DNA of 64,000 nt, from the NCBI GenBank assembly GCA_965153455.1, contig OZ234494.1, positions 9,424,001 to 9,488,000 of the forward strand, written 5' to 3'. A program made the position numbers and the translations under genes. Within the stretch, counting starts at the first letter, position 1; each line of letters starts with the position of its first letter. This document shows positions 13,492-28,043 of the stretch, piece by piece. This DNA comes from Sphagnum compactum (Eukaryota). The notes beneath the pieces are model-generated. The model was not told the DNA's origin. It saw only the letters and a program-made list of their open reading frames with translations, and ran no database searches.

Positions 13492-16400
13492 AAAGGACTT
13501 GAAATTTGTTGCTTGAAGCTTGAAAGTCAAGCTTCAAAATTGTTGATGTGGGTTGTAATCATGTTGTTGGTGATCTCAGTTTGCACATGTTGCTTCAACT
13601 TCCATCTGAATTCCACCCAATTCCCCATCTACTTTCATTGCAAGTTGCTCTCTCACCTTCCACTTACTTGATTTCAACCCAATTTGCCTTACTTTGCAGG
13701 TTGCTTTTGGTGGCTCTTTTTTTCTTTTGCTTGTTGCAACCTTAAAAAGGTGCAAAACTAATGGGATACAACAAATTGAACAAGGAAATTTGAGGATCTA
13801 AAATTCAATAATGAGAACACTTAGAAAAGTGTGAAGTGTGAACCCCACCCTCAAAAAGGACTAGGTCAATATATATACATACATATATATGTAGTCATGT
13901 GATTTGGATTTTGTTGGTGAAGGAAAGGCATGCATGTGTTTGTGAGAGTCAATCGAATAAAAGTTGAGTTCTCAAACAAGGGAAGTAAAAAGCATCACAC
14001 AAAGCCTCATGTGCTCCATGTATGGGCCTTATAATTTATCCTATAGGTGCATTGAAAAAGGCGAAAGCTCAATTGAATGCATATGGAATAATGGTGACCA
14101 ATCCAAAGAGTTTAATACAACGAAAGAAAAATGACAAATGGAACTAGTTTGGGGGGGGTGTTGAATTTTTTGCCACTCGTCAACAACAACAATAATTCAA
14201 TGTGACTCATACAAAGGATTCTTCTGAAAAAAATTGCACCAAAGCCCCCATATTTTAAGGAATTTTTTCCTGAAATTGCCGTGTGTAGGCTCTTAAAATT
14301 TGGACTTGGATGAAAGGACTCGGATGAAAGGAATAGTGAAAATTGGGGAAAAATAGTTTGACAACCCATTCATTAAAGCCATCATGTGGGAAGTAAGGAA
14401 TTTTATTTATTTATAAATGTAAACGAGATGGAGATGTCAAGACTTATTTGGTAGGATGATAAAATTTCTTTTAAAAAGTCCAAATTTTGTAATACATTTA
14501 AAATCTGAATTGGGGGTTCAAATTAGACTCAATTCTTCTTTTGTTTGTTCTATGCAAGTGAGGAGTTTAGAGCTCAAAAGAAAGCAATAGGTATGCTCTT
14601 GGTGTGTCATGGATTTTTATTGTTACGTAACCCCTAGACACCCAATATGCCAAATTTGGGATTTTTTTTTGGGGAAATTTTAAATGGATATGGGCAATGA
14701 AAAATTAAATAAATTTTCAATGTTTTGTGAGGATTTTGCATGCAAATTCACATGGATGCAAATTCATTTGGGTGAGGTGTTGATGAAATGAGTGCATGCA
14801 TTGGGCCTTTAGCTAGTGAACCTAGTTACCTACACTTGAGACCGAGTGCATCAATTAAGGTGGTGGGAATCGTGAGAAGGGAGTGGGGTTAATTCTGGAA
14901 ATTCATTTTTCAACTACTACTTGCCATATCTAGCTTGGTTAGGCACAAATTAATTATTTTTTAAATTGCTGAAAATTCTGAAAAACCCTCAAGCACACTA
15001 GCTTCATTATTTATTTAGTATAGTGCGTGATTGTAGAATATTATTATTTTTACTGCTGAAAATAAATGAATTTATTATTATTATTATTATTATTAGTAGG
15101 CACTTTGTTGCTGAACCAGCCCATTTTCAAGCATCCTTGCATTCATGAGGTCTATCTTACTTGAAGAATCATATTTTGGCTTGAATTTTTTTAATCGGTA
15201 CCTAACTTGTCATTGTGAGTGCCATCTTAGGTTGCATGCATTAATGTTATGTTGAAAGCCTTTTTTTATATTTTGGATGAAACGTCAAATCCACCTTTTG
15301 TCAACATTTGTTGAGTCTTGTATGAGCATTCTAGCTTTTATATCTCCTCATTGATTTTGGTTGAAATATGTTACAAAGATTGTCGTGTGTAAACTTTGAA
15401 TCCAATGGTTGGATTTGTAATTTTATCAATGAATGAGTAGATTGGACCATATTTTTAATTAAGATTTCAAATAAAAATAAAATGGTTGAAAAATGGGTTT
15501 AGATTTTTAATGGCCATTAAACTTGATGTTAAGGAACATATATTTGAAATGTGTGAAGTTTTGTTGTGTGTTCATACCAAGGAAGCTTGGTAGGTGCATT
15601 AACGTAAGTAGGTATCATTCAAAGGCATTCTATATAGGTTCGGGTGATTCATATTAATTAGTTGGGAGGTGCCTTCCAAGTTATGAATTTTATTTTACAA
15701 TGAACCTTTTTTATTGACCCATTACATAATTTGTTTGAAACTTTGGCAATTCCCCCACCATAGAAGATTTCATTCCAAACATACAAACACCTCTCAATAT
15801 TTGCTCATCAATATAGCTTCTCATAGGACAATGTTGGGCAAAGCATATGGAACAACTTGAAGTGCTATTGGGAACATGTTGGGGAACACATTAGGAATTT
15901 TGTGAAAATAGAGTGGGAAACTTGAGGAACATTTTGGGGACTTATAGGAACATAGTGTGAACTTTGTGGAAACACATTGGGAACAACAAAATTCAAAAAA
16001 TCCAACAATTCTCACCCTCCTCAAAAGAAAAAAAAAGGTCTATCGGGTACAATTTGCAATTCTTCATTGGTTAAGGAAAAAAAATATTCCCAACTAGGTT
16101 CATCACCTATTTTAGCCTAGGATAATAATAGCACAACATGAATTGTGGGGACATAGGTGAACTTGTGTGAACTTTCCTCTTTGCCTTTCACTATGCATCG
16201 ATTGATAATGTTATGAGTTGTCACACACCATGATATAACTATTTGCAAAAGAATATAAGCTTAAAGTTAATAAAAGGATCATCTAGTGGGCAATGTAAAA
16301 ATATATTATAATTAATCCATTTTAAAATAATGTTATTGTGCTCCATTGCATTTATTACGCATACAAAACCAATGTTTATAGGTGTTATTTTCATGTGTGT

Positions 16401-18538
16401 GAAATCAAATGTTTGTGTTTTACAATATAAACACATGCAAGGGTTTGTTTCAACAAAAATCCATGATTAGAATGTGATTTATTTTAATGATTTTTGCATT
16501 TTGTGTCGAAAAGTTATATCTTAAAGCTAATGTAATTTTTCTTTCTTTAAGTAATATTTCACATTGAGATTTATAATATAGTGTTACACCTTCCATCAAC
16601 TTAAATGATAATTGTTTCCATGCAACAACTAATGTTAATGAAATATTGATATCAGTGTTAGGACAATGTTGTTTAAAAGAGGATATCATTTTTTATAACA
16701 TAGACTTTGGAAAAAAAAATGACAATGTTATGTATCAATATCATGAGGGTCCTTTATTTCAATTTTTGTTTAACTACTTGAATCCTTTGCTCCGTTCTCA
16801 AAAACCATGTTCCCTACTCAAATTTCCTCCTTACAAATATTTCTTACTCATAAACAAGGACCTTTGCCAATTCTTTTTTTCTCTTGTATTTTCTCTCTTT
16901 TTCACCAATTTGTAAAAAGTTCAAGCTTTATTAAAAACAATTGCCTTTGGTCTTATTGTTCTTGCAATTGTGTGTCAAGATGGTTTCCTACTATTGTTGA
17001 AGATGTGATGGAGTTTTTTAACATCATAGATTCTCCAGAACCTATGGAAAAATGAAACAATTTGAAAAGAAATAAGAAAATTTTACCCAATTTTGAATTT
17101 TGAGTACTTGAAACCACATAAACAAATGATCCAAACAAAGAATTTCAAATTTTCAAACAAAAATATAGGTCTCACCTTATCCAATGTAATTGTGAAAAAA
17201 AAATTATATTATGGTACATGTTTATAAGCAATGTGAAATTTCTTTCAAAATTTTACTTTTACTCTTCACTAAACACCCACAATAAAATGATGAAGAGATT
17301 AGTTTAGTAAGAAAGAAAAGGAAAGGAAAGAAGGTTGTTATAACCCAAAATTTAGAATCAATTCTGAAGATCCAAGTTAAGTAACCTTGTTCAACCACCT
17401 AAAAGCATGGCAAAACTTTTGATCCTTCAAAATCTTGGGCCAAGAAAAATGAAATGTGGTTAATTTGAAGGTGGATGTTCAAAACCAATATTAAACATTA
17501 ATAATGACTAAATCTAAACAACTATAAAAAATTATTATGAATGTTGATCGTTCAACACACATTAATAACACCCAACTAAGTCCTTGATAGTTACTTTCAA
17601 ATGAATGGTAATGTTGGGGAAGAAAACCAACACAAAAGTTAATAAAATAAATTTATGTTGGCTTATAACTATATTGCAACTACTCAAATAATAATTTTAA
17701 ATATTTTACATGAAAAAAAAAAACAACTATTTTTACTAAGGAAATAACATTGTCTTATAACATGATTACTTTCATTAGTTCCAACATTATTGTCATGCCA
17801 ACGAATTGTGTGGCATTGTTTGCTTAAATGGAATGATCGTAACAATTAAGGGGTGATAATTTTACCCTACAAAATTATTACCATGGCAACGATTTCTACA
17901 AACTAAAAAATTGATATAAATGCATTCCATGAAGGCATTCAAGTCCCAATTACTAATTACCATCATTTTTTTCCCGTTTTGTATATTGCCACATTTTGCC
18001 ATCATTCCACAACAAAAAAAAGAAAAAGAAACCTCAAAAATCTAGATAGAGGAAAAAAATCAAGTTGTTTTATTATGCTTTCATGGCCAAAAGGTACATC
18101 AAAGGGATTTTGTCGTCCCCTTTTTTTTACAATCCAATAGTTAAGAAACTAAAAACATATACTAAGCATTCCCAATTTACCAAGATGAAAATACAAGGGA
18201 ATGAAAATGAAAAAAAAAAGACAAAGAGGATAAAGAAAGAAACAAATAAAGAGGGAAAATGTGTTGAGAGAAAAGGAGATAACATATATGTGAAAAAAAT
18301 GAAAAAAAAATCTAAAAGCCAAAAAGATTTAGGGCCCTCCCTTCCCCTAAATCTTTCCTCCTAAACATGCCTAAAAAAGAATACCACTTAAATTCCAATA
18401 AATTAGTTAATTTTTGAAAATCACCTCTTAGTTCACTCCTACTTTCTAAGCAATTAAGTAGTCAATTATTGCCTTATAGAAGGGTTGATTTCTAATCCTT
18501 AGAAGTTAACTAAATTAGTGGGGATCATTTTCAAAAGT

Positions 18539-18692
18539 CACTACTACAAAATGTGGGTGCAGTTCACTAGTCCCCACTCACTAGCCTAGTGAATTCACTA
18601 CTTCTTCACTCGTCCCCATTCACTACAACCAGTGAATTCATTCAAAATCTAGTGAAATCACTTGGCGTATAGGGACACCTTTTGTTGTAGTG
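18539..18692. mobile_element. Miniature CACTA (En/Spm) element, 154 bp
   Basis: TIRs CACTACTACAAAA / TTTTGTTGTAGTG, exact 3-bp TSD AGT (18536-18538 and 18693-18695), internal TTCACTA/TAGTGAA subterminal repeats. Confidence 0.9.
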
Positions 18693-19499
18693 AGTGAAGA
18701 CACTAAGAAATATATTATCGATAATAAAAATATTGGGTTGCCCTTCTAATTAAATAAACCTTTTAGGTGAAGGTAAAACTTAACCCTAGGCTAATAATCA
18801 TCTCATTATTGTTCATTACCTAGTTTTTATTTATCAATTACATGTAATTTATGTTTTTAGTAGGTTTATTTTGTTTTGGATAACACGTCTTTTAAATTTT
18901 TTTTATTTTTGGATTTCCTAATTAATTCCTAGTCATCACATGGCCATTTATAATTGTCTAAATATCTTCAAGTTAATTAATATTTCCCATCTATTTTGAA
19001 CATGTAAAATAGATGTTCAAAATTGGTTTCATTTTTAATCTTCAACATGTGAAACAAATATCACCAAGTAAACATGTTATGAATAAAATTAACATGTAAG
19101 TTTGATTTATGTAATGATTCCTTAATTTTTTTTCAAAATCCCAAATGCATTTTCAACAATGAATTGATGTTTGTGTTTCTTATTGAAACAAATTCCAAAA
19201 TTGTGTGAGTTCTTTATTTTTGAAAAGACGTCATAATATAACTGATAAATGGGCAACCTTTGTGTTACATCCCTAGCTTTGGACTCTTGACCAAAATTAA
19301 AACATGAAAAATTGATTTAAAAAGTTTCAAGATTCAAACACACTTTTACAAGTGTGGGAAAATGCAAGGAAATGAATTTTAAAACTCCCAAATTGAAAAC
19401 ATGAGTTCATAAAATGAAGCAAACAAAGCTATGGTGCAAAATTGTATTTTCAAATTGGTGTTGAATGGATTGAAAATAATGAAAGGTCCTACTTTTATT

Positions 19500-20420
19500 A
19501 TACCATTTTGGGAATTTAACTCAAATAGGTTTTCACATTAGTTTTCACATGCACACCATCCGAGGAACATTTTTGATTAATAAACCTTCTTACATGATTA
19601 ATAAACTATAAGTTATAGATGAAAAGTGGACAATGATGGATCAAGTTCATCCATTGAATGAAAAATTAAATATTCATGGAACACATTTTGGTTTTGCATT
19701 CCATTACAAAATTGAAAATTAAGAAAGTTTTTACCCTTGACACCATTTGGCAAACCTAAGTGTCATAACCTTGTCATTTAACAAGTAAAGTGCAATCCTT
19801 GCAACTATTATTGAATCAATCAAATCACCATATTGTGCATGTCTATACAAGACATATCTACCCAATACTTTATAATCATTCATGTTGCTTGGCAAACCTA
19901 CACAAACATCAAAAAAATTTGTTGCACAATTTACAATAAATTAAATTATTATGAAACACCCACCAACTTGTGATAAAACTTATATTATTGTGCAAAATGA
20001 AAAAAAGGTCTAGAAATGGGGATATGGGTGCTATCAAATTGCACATGGTACATTCTGCAAACCACACCATTGTTTAAATTCTTCCATCATGGACATTATA
20101 TTTGGTCCTACCATGCAAGAAATCAACTTTTCAAATGTAATGTTAATAACACCAACAAATTCATGATGCACCAAGGAGACAATAAACTTCCCTATTATAA
20201 AAAGCTTGTTACAAACAAGGAAATTGACATTGTGTGCAAGCTTGTAAATAACACGAAACACCTTAATCTTGACGTGGATTGATTTTTTATACATGATGTC
20301 AAGTTCCACAAGTATTGTCTCAATGTGCTAGTTATATCGAGAAGAGAGTAGACTTTGACATTTAGAAGTTTTCCACCCACTAATCATCTTCATATTTGGT
20401 AAATGGAATTTGAAAAAACC
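19500..20420 (-). mobile_element. Decayed PIF/Harbinger transposase (DDE_Tnp_4)
   Basis: ORF 20034..20309(-) ...VIYKLAH...FIIGKFIVSLVHHEFV...FKQWCGLQNVPCAI continues past a break into STHIPI, matching the Harbinger motif G.PNV.GAIDGTHI.I. Confidence 0.75.
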
Positions 20421-22702
20421 ATGTAGGTTTTTTGTATTCACCCAATGGCCTAGATCAAAACATGCTAGCAATCAAATGTATATCGTGAAGAATAATTATG
20501 TTGAGGAGAACTTGGGTGCTTCCTTTAATAACATTAAAATTCAACATGTAAAATTAAGGTCCAAAAAAAGTGGATGAACAAGGGAATTGAAGAGATGATC
20601 AACAATTTGAAATAGTAATATGCACCCCATGATCAAGATCATTTTGTTTTGGAGCTCATCCATGGTGTGTAACTTGGTCAAATTAAAAACAAAATAATAG
20701 TAAAAAAATTAGTGCAACTACAACAATAGAATTGTAACATTTGAGAGTAGAAAGTAAGAACTTGTAGCAAATTTAAATAAAATTATGTGAACAAAAAGAA
20801 AACATAACCATGTTAACAAAACCTATAGATGCACAAAAAGGAAAAATGAGACAAAATTCTAATCAAAAAATGCAATTACAACCATAAAATATAACAATTG
20901 ACATAAAACATAAATTGGAGGTGCAACAACCTTAAGACCGGAAAAATCTATAGTAATAGAAAATTGAAACAACATTTACCAACTTCACATATGACTGCAA
21001 CAACAAAAAAACAAAACAACAACATTATAGCACAATTCACAAATGAAAAAAACGTGAACAATTTCATTTGCAATTATAAACAACAAAATACAAACACAAG
21101 CATTAATAAAAACCTTAGTTGTAACCAAAACAACAACAAAACAAAACACAATAGAATACAACAAAATTGAACAAAAGAACAAAATGTTGTGTTTGTAATT
21201 AGGTGTCAAATGTCAATGTGAAATGTAGAAGATAGACATGCATAAATAAACAATCTCAACATTGAAGAAAAATAAGAAAGGACATGATAAGCATAAACTA
21301 AAAACAAAAAAAACTTTGTGTTTGAAATTAGGTGTTGAAGATGAATGTCGATGTGCAACATAGAAAAATGACACATAAATAAGCAATACCAACATCAAAG
21401 AAGAAAAATGAAAGAACACCAAAACATAAAAATTGACAAAAAAAATAAAATTAATAATAAAAGAATCACGTGTTGAAACAAAATAATATTTGGAATCAAA
21501 CATTGATGACAATGAACAATGATGTGCAACATAGAATACAAACAAGTGAGAACATACAACATTGGCACCATCATGACTATGAAAATAAAATAACATTAAG
21601 AAAAAACCTAAAACAACCAAAGAGCAAAAGAAATCGAGAGCAACTAGAGAGCAAATTAAGAACAACCACAAAACAAATTGAAAAATGAAAACAAGTTGAA
21701 ACATGATATACATTTGCTAATGAAGAACTATGAGGATGAAATTAATATCACAAATGTCCAAAAACAAAAGGAATTAGCAAAAACTTTGTGCATTGCAAAA
21801 CAAAAGAAGAATGTGAATATTTGGAAAGGTCAAAAAAGGTGATGACCTACAAGCATCTTGCAAAAAAACATTTTTGCAATGCAAATGATGATTAGAAATT
21901 GTTAACTAATTAGCATAGATGAAGTTGTTAGTATTAGTTTCCATCCCATGTACGAATGACCATGCAAAATATTACATATTATCCATCATGGTTGATGTTA
22001 GGTGACATACATGTGACATGTGACATTTGTGAAATGCTAACTTGGCATTCATGAACTTAACATTAAACCCCGAACATCAAGTGTGAAGTCAACATAACGA
22101 TGACCATATCGTTATGAAGATAGTAAATTGTTTCCAATCACAAGGGTGTTGCTTACTTCACCACCATGGAAAGGTGACAAAAATATGAACAAGCTAGAAC
22201 ACATGCTTCAACATTTGCCCAAAAAAAGAGACTAAGGCTCTATGCACTCCATGTATTATATACAACATGGGATCCCACAAGAAACATACAAACTTATTAA
22301 TCTACTTATTAATAAACAATAGTGTATTAGTTTATTAGTTCTTCCTTGTATACCCCATGACTAGCCTAAATGGGGTCATGTGTTTTATTGGGGATGCTTA
22401 GGGAACTTTTAGTTCTCTTTTGGATGTAAGACAAGAAGTCAAAGTGGGCTAATGGGTATCGCAGGGAAGAAATGCAGAACCTGGCCAATGGCTCATAAGC
22501 TGCTTGTCCTATGCAGATTCCCCCCATATGAGCCCAAGGTCAGCTCTCACAACCAACACTAGTTGCTATGTCAGACTGCCAACACTTGTTGTTAGAAGCA
22601 CGATAGTTATATTATGTTATATTATGTGTGCACCGTGGTCAAATAGCACAAAACTATTTCTATGTGTAATATTCGCTTGACAAATTATTTTCTATGTAAC
22701 CA

Positions 22703-22920
22703 TTACTAAGAGTGTGTTTACGGTGGTCATATAACACAAACTTCCTATCTCTTCCACCACCACTAAGAGTGTGTTTATGGCGGTCATATAACACAAACTT
22801 CCTATCTCTTCCACCACCACTAAGAGTGTGTTTATGGTGGTCACATAACACAAACTACCTTTCTCTTTCACCACTAGCCTACTAAGAGTGTTGTTCGGGG
22901 TGGTCATATAGCACAAACAT
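22703..22920. repeat. 57-bp minisatellite, ~4 copies
   Basis: Unit cactaagagtgtgtttatggcggtcatataacacaaacttcctatctcttccaccac at about 22704, 22761, 22818 and 22880 (last copy degenerate). Confidence 0.9.
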
Positions 22921-24810
22921 GATTTTGTTGCTATGTGGAACCACTATCTAGTATTGGTGGGTTGCTTCTAAACAATATACATCCCAGTTAAAAGTATATC
23001 ATTTCCTAGGTTAAATGTAGGTAAGAGGCCTAACCCAAGGTCAGGCCAAGGTGACCCAGCACCGACAACTGCGGGTACCTTCATCACCTTGATGAGTGAG
23101 AAGCCCCCCCCACCTTAGAGAGACTATATTTATTTGATCCAAGAAATTGTTAAATTTGAACTTGGAGACTCTGATTCAGTCTGAGGAATAGTTAGGATGA
23201 GGTATTTATAATATTGAAAAACTACTTAAATATTAGGGTTTTTAGTTTTAACCGTGATTAATGTGTAGGTGTTGGGTCACCCTTGCCTAGGGTGAATTGG
23301 CACCTCAATACCTTTCACTACCACTTCCACCCCTTATACCAAGTTAAAAGAACAAGAATCCCCAAAATATTTTGGGTTGCTTATAAACAATATATATGTA
23401 CACATCCTTAGAAAAAAATAAGGTCTTCAAATCCAAATTCAACATTTCCCAACTTAAATATGGCCTTTTAAGAGACCTACTTAAGAAAGTGAGGTACTAA
23501 AGTAGGTGTCGGTTCATGATGGCCCATATTTATATGGTGTAATCTATCTCGACAACAATATAGGTACCTTTGTTTCAAACACTTTGAACTATTTTTAATG
23601 ATAAGGCGAAGCTCTATTTAGTATTTTCCTTCAAAGAGGACCATAGATAAAAAATTTTACTTAGAAGAAATAAATTTATTAATTATTTTCGGATTAAAAA
23701 ATAATTTAATTTATGCTGAAGCTGCCAAGGTACTATGATAAGTAGCCAAAAAAAGGAGAAAGAAAAGTAATGCAAATTTCACATCATGCACTGGTAAGTA
23801 AGTAAGTAAGTAGATCTGATGTCGTGCATGATATTTCTTGAACCGAGTTATTAGATCTCTGACTCTTTGTAAACTAAACGACATCACACAAAAAGACACA
23901 CATTTCATGCACTAAAAGTTCAGCATCACGGAAGGAAAGGAAAGGAAAGGAAAGGAAAGGAAAGGAAAAAAGATGGAAATTTTGTTTTTAAAAAAAACGT
24001 TAGGAAAAAAAAACACTAGAGTGGAATCCACCGCAAAATTAGGCCAGTTTTGTGGCCTGAAAGTGCGGGGTGACTGAGTGAGTGGGTGGGTGAGTGAGTT
24101 GTGGGCATAGTTAAAAGGGCATCTCTTTTGCAGCATAATAAAAATAATAAAAATAAAAAAATTAATAAATAAATAAAAATAATAAAAAACCTAAGTTATT
24201 AGTCCAGTACCTGAAATCCAATAGTTGGTGCTACCTATGTAACAGCTCATGATAGACAATAGACAATAGTGCTGATCAAAGCAAAGTGACAATCAAAATA
24301 ATACACATAATTAGAATAAATGAACTTCAAATACATGATAAGTAAAAACAAATGAACTTTTAAAAAGAAACAATTTTTGTTTTGCTTGAACAATTTATTT
24401 TATTTGCTTACCAAACTGAGCCAGACTTGAGAGTGAACCAAAAGCCATCAGCACACCATTCATTGGAAGCCCTAAGGAGGTTTCATCTTATAGCATATCC
24501 TTCAAAAGATAGGTCTTATAAGTGTAGGTAGGTAGGTAGGTAGGTAGGTAGGTAAATAGATAGGTAAATAAGTAAGGAGGGAAGAAATAGGTCTTATAAA
24601 TATATATAAGTAGATAAACAAATAGATAATTAATTAAAAAAGGAAGTAAGTAGATAGATAAATATATGGGATGTTGAGGCGATTGCTGTATTTACTTACA
24701 ATTGATTTTCAACACTTCTTTGTCAAATACTTATTTATTTTAGAAAATGACGTTCATCAGTTTTCAATTTAATAATTTTCCAAAATTTCAATAGTTTATA
24801 TATATTTATA

Positions 24811-24996
24811 TAGTGAACAAACACCGACCAGCACACATCATCCATCCATTGAAAACTGGGTATGAAACAGTTGTGATGGATGAATCACAAACAGAAATTA
24901 CATGGGTTTCACTTCGGTAACGTAAAATATTGTTTTCCTGTTTACATATCATTCATCCATCATGGTGGGCTGATGTGAGTGTGGCTGGTTCATTAT
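24811..24996. mobile_element. MITE-like foldback element
   Basis: Ends agtgaacaaacaccgaccagcacacatc... / ...gatgtgagtgtggctggttcat; inner inverted repeat tgatggatgaat / attcatccatca; left end related to the elements at 48008 and about 55595. Confidence 0.5.
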
Positions 24997-25606
24997 GGCC
25001 GAGCTGAGCTGAGCTGAGCCGAGCCGAGCTGCTGTCACACTAAGTGAGTGTAGTGACCTGGGGCAATCAAACCGTATCAAAGTCTAAAAACAAAACACAA
25101 CACAACACGGAAGCAAATTTGCTCACCAACTCTTCTCTCCAGGAAGGGGGGGGGGGGGGGTGGGGTTTTTAGGGTTTTTTAAAGCATTGATCGGAACGAA
25201 TCTTGACCTAATCTGATTGGAGTATAGATAATTTTAATATTATATTTTGTCAGGTAGGCAGGCAAGCAGGCTGCACTATGAAACTCAACTGCAGTTTTGT
25301 CCCTTAAATGTGTGTGTATATAATGCGAAGGAGATGGGGGGGTGGGGTTTGGGGTTTGTGGGTGGGTGAGTTAATGTGTACAAGTCTGGCATGAAGTATT
25401 ATTTTCAAATACACACAAATTAGACCATAGCACATGCTTCTGAACCTACTTGTTTCCAACACTCCAATTTCCCTCCCAAAAATGCAAAATAGAAAAAAGA
25501 AAATTAAAAAAAAATCCACATTTAGAGCTTTATTTCCCCCTCAAACCATGTAAAATGGGCCACTCCAAAATGGTGAATGTTATCAAAATCTCTTAAATTA
25601 GGTCTC

Positions 25607-25912
25607 AATAGTTTTAAGTACTTGTTGGGTAGTAGGTACTTTTTATTTTGAAGCATTGATGATAGATAACCAAGTGATTGTTTGGGTCAATAGTTAAGTA
25701 CTATGTGTGGCTCTATTTTTAAGCATTAGTTAGTGGTGACCAAGTGATAGTTAGGTAAGTAGTTAAGTACTTGGGTGGCTCTATATTAAGCATTAGTGGC
25801 AACCTAGTTATATTGGGGTCAATAGTTAAGTACTTGGGTGAGTCTATGTTAATCATAAGTAGTAACCCATTTGATTTTTGAATCTATAGTTAAGTACTTG
25901 GGTGCCTCTATT
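25607..25912. repeat. Degenerate ~65-bp tandem repeat, ~5 copies
   Basis: Recurrent atagttaagtacttgggtg.ctctat.ttaagcattagt. Confidence 0.75.
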
Positions 25913-27729
25913 AATACTAAGGAAGTGATATTAAGGTCAAAGCAAACAATTATTTAAGTGTTTTTCTTTTTTACATATATTTTTTGATTTAAAAAGATTT
26001 ATGGTCCAAACTCATCCTCGTATGCAAACCACCCCGACGGTGATGACGATTGCAAAGTATGCCACAATCCTTTTGATATTTGCATTCCATAATTGTGTCA
26101 ATATGGTCGCTCAATCATGAATTTTCAAGGGTGGCTTCTAGGGTATTTGTTTCTCTAACTTTCACCTTGTTTGAAGAACAAACTTTCCTGAAACTGCAAC
26201 CGCACCTTCCCCATGAAAAGCTCGTGCATACCAAGGAATTTGGGTAGTTGTCCATATAACTCATAACAAATTATGTTCATGCCAGCATACCAAACAACAA
26301 AAGCGTCGTGTAAGTAAGTACCCCCTTAAGTAAGGAGAGAGGTTGTGGTGCCATTCTCTCATTTATTTATGTCCCGGGGCCCCATTGTTGTAGTATATTT
26401 TAATGAACTAAAGTAGATCCCACAATTCTAGGTTTAGGGTTTAGGTTGCGGTTTGAGGCGTGGCCATCAATTATGACACAAGATTTTACAAAAGTAATCC
26501 AAAGATGTATGTGCTCCCAACATTTTATTTTTTTAGGGTTGGTTTTATTTTTTCCCCAATTAAATTTTTTTTCAATAATTTCAGAAATGTATTTTTTCTA
26601 AGGAATATTTTTTCAAAAAGCTAATGAAATAATTGCAAATATATCAATTCTCAAAATGGAATCCTCAAAAATTAATTAATTATTTGACAAACATGTATCA
26701 ATGTGGTGAAGGTACTATGGTATGGATGTTATTGACACGGGTACAAAATGGATACAAAGCGGGTATTGCCTCTCTCAGCTCATACCAGAATAATGGTCGG
26801 GTCATTGCTACGAATGTTGATACTTGATACCAGGTGCAATCCTAAGTTATATATATACACTAGAGCAATGCTCGTATGTAGTTATGTACTACTGCTTTAA
26901 AGCAAAGACAAGCAGCCGCCTGCCTGCCTGCCCACTGGCCGGCCGGCCCGCCGTGCGAAGGAGCTATGAAGAAGGTGTTCTGTTTCTTCGGTTTTTTCTA
27001 AATACCCGTCGTCACCAAAGAAAACAAAAAAAGAAAGGCAACAATCATGCAACTGCAAGTCAGTCAAGGCCATATTTAAAATTAAAAAAAAACTCATATG
27101 CGGAAATTGCATGTACATCGTCATCATCCGGCTGTCTGTCTGTCGACCCAAACAAACAAGAAAAAAGAAAGAAAAAAGGGGGCATGACTTATATATATAT
27201 AAAATATTATACAACAACCACAACCACCTCTGCAAGCAACCCCAAAAAAAAAAAAAAAAAACTTTCCAAAATCTTGAACGGACAAACAGATGATGATGGG
27301 ATGATGACCCGTATGATCACATTGTCAACTAGACTCTCCCGAAGAATTTTTTTTTTTTGCATCAATGGGGTTGTTGTGTGCTGTCCGTCTGACTTCAACA
27401 CACTTTGATGAGTTCGTGTTTCGGTTGAAAGCCCCATCCCACCCACATGGGAATTTTTTTAAAAAAAAAACAAAGAAAAAGAGAGTATCTGAATGCAATA
27501 GGAACATGATAAGTTGTTCTTGTCGACTACAATAGACAAAACCCAAGTGAATTGAAAACAATCCAAAGGGGCTCGCTCTTGCCTTCTTTCTGGCATGCTC
27601 TAGTCTCTTGAGTCTTTCGACGTCAAACGAAAATGCTTTTGTTCTCTCTTTCAGTAAGCCACTATGAGCTTAGATGCCACGTTTGCTTTTTCCGGAAACG
27701 AAGACCTATCCGGCTGCATTTCCCTTTGT

Positions 27730-28043
27730 TCCGGATCTACTTTTCTTTGAGATCTACGAGTGTATGCTACCACCCTCAAGAGCTGAAAATTGCCAAGCAA
27801 TATAGCAAACTCCATAGGAAGGAATATGCTTTTTAAATTTAAAAAAAATAAAATTAAATGAGCCAATTAGAATTTGCCAAGCAATATAGCAAACTCCATA
27901 GGAAGGAATATGCTTTTTAAATTTTTTAAATTTTTTTTAAAAAGCATATTCCTTCCTATGGAGTTTGCTATATTGCTTGGCAATTTTCAGCTCTTGAGGG
28001 TGGTAGCATACACTCGTAGATCTCAAAGAAAAGTAGATCCGGA
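27730..28043. repeat. Perfect 108-bp inverted repeat with an internal partial third copy
   Basis: 27730-27837 is the reverse complement of 27936-28043; 27874-27924 repeats the distal ~50 bp of the left arm. Confidence 0.95.

Noticed and set aside
20964-21713. Hydrophobic 166-aa ORF and Asn/Lys-rich ORFs
   Set aside because: Result of A-rich strand bias next to a Harbinger relic.
26429-26448. TTTAGGG telomere-like repeats (also about 10794 and 48835)
   Set aside because: Only 2-3 degenerate units; at most telo-boxes.
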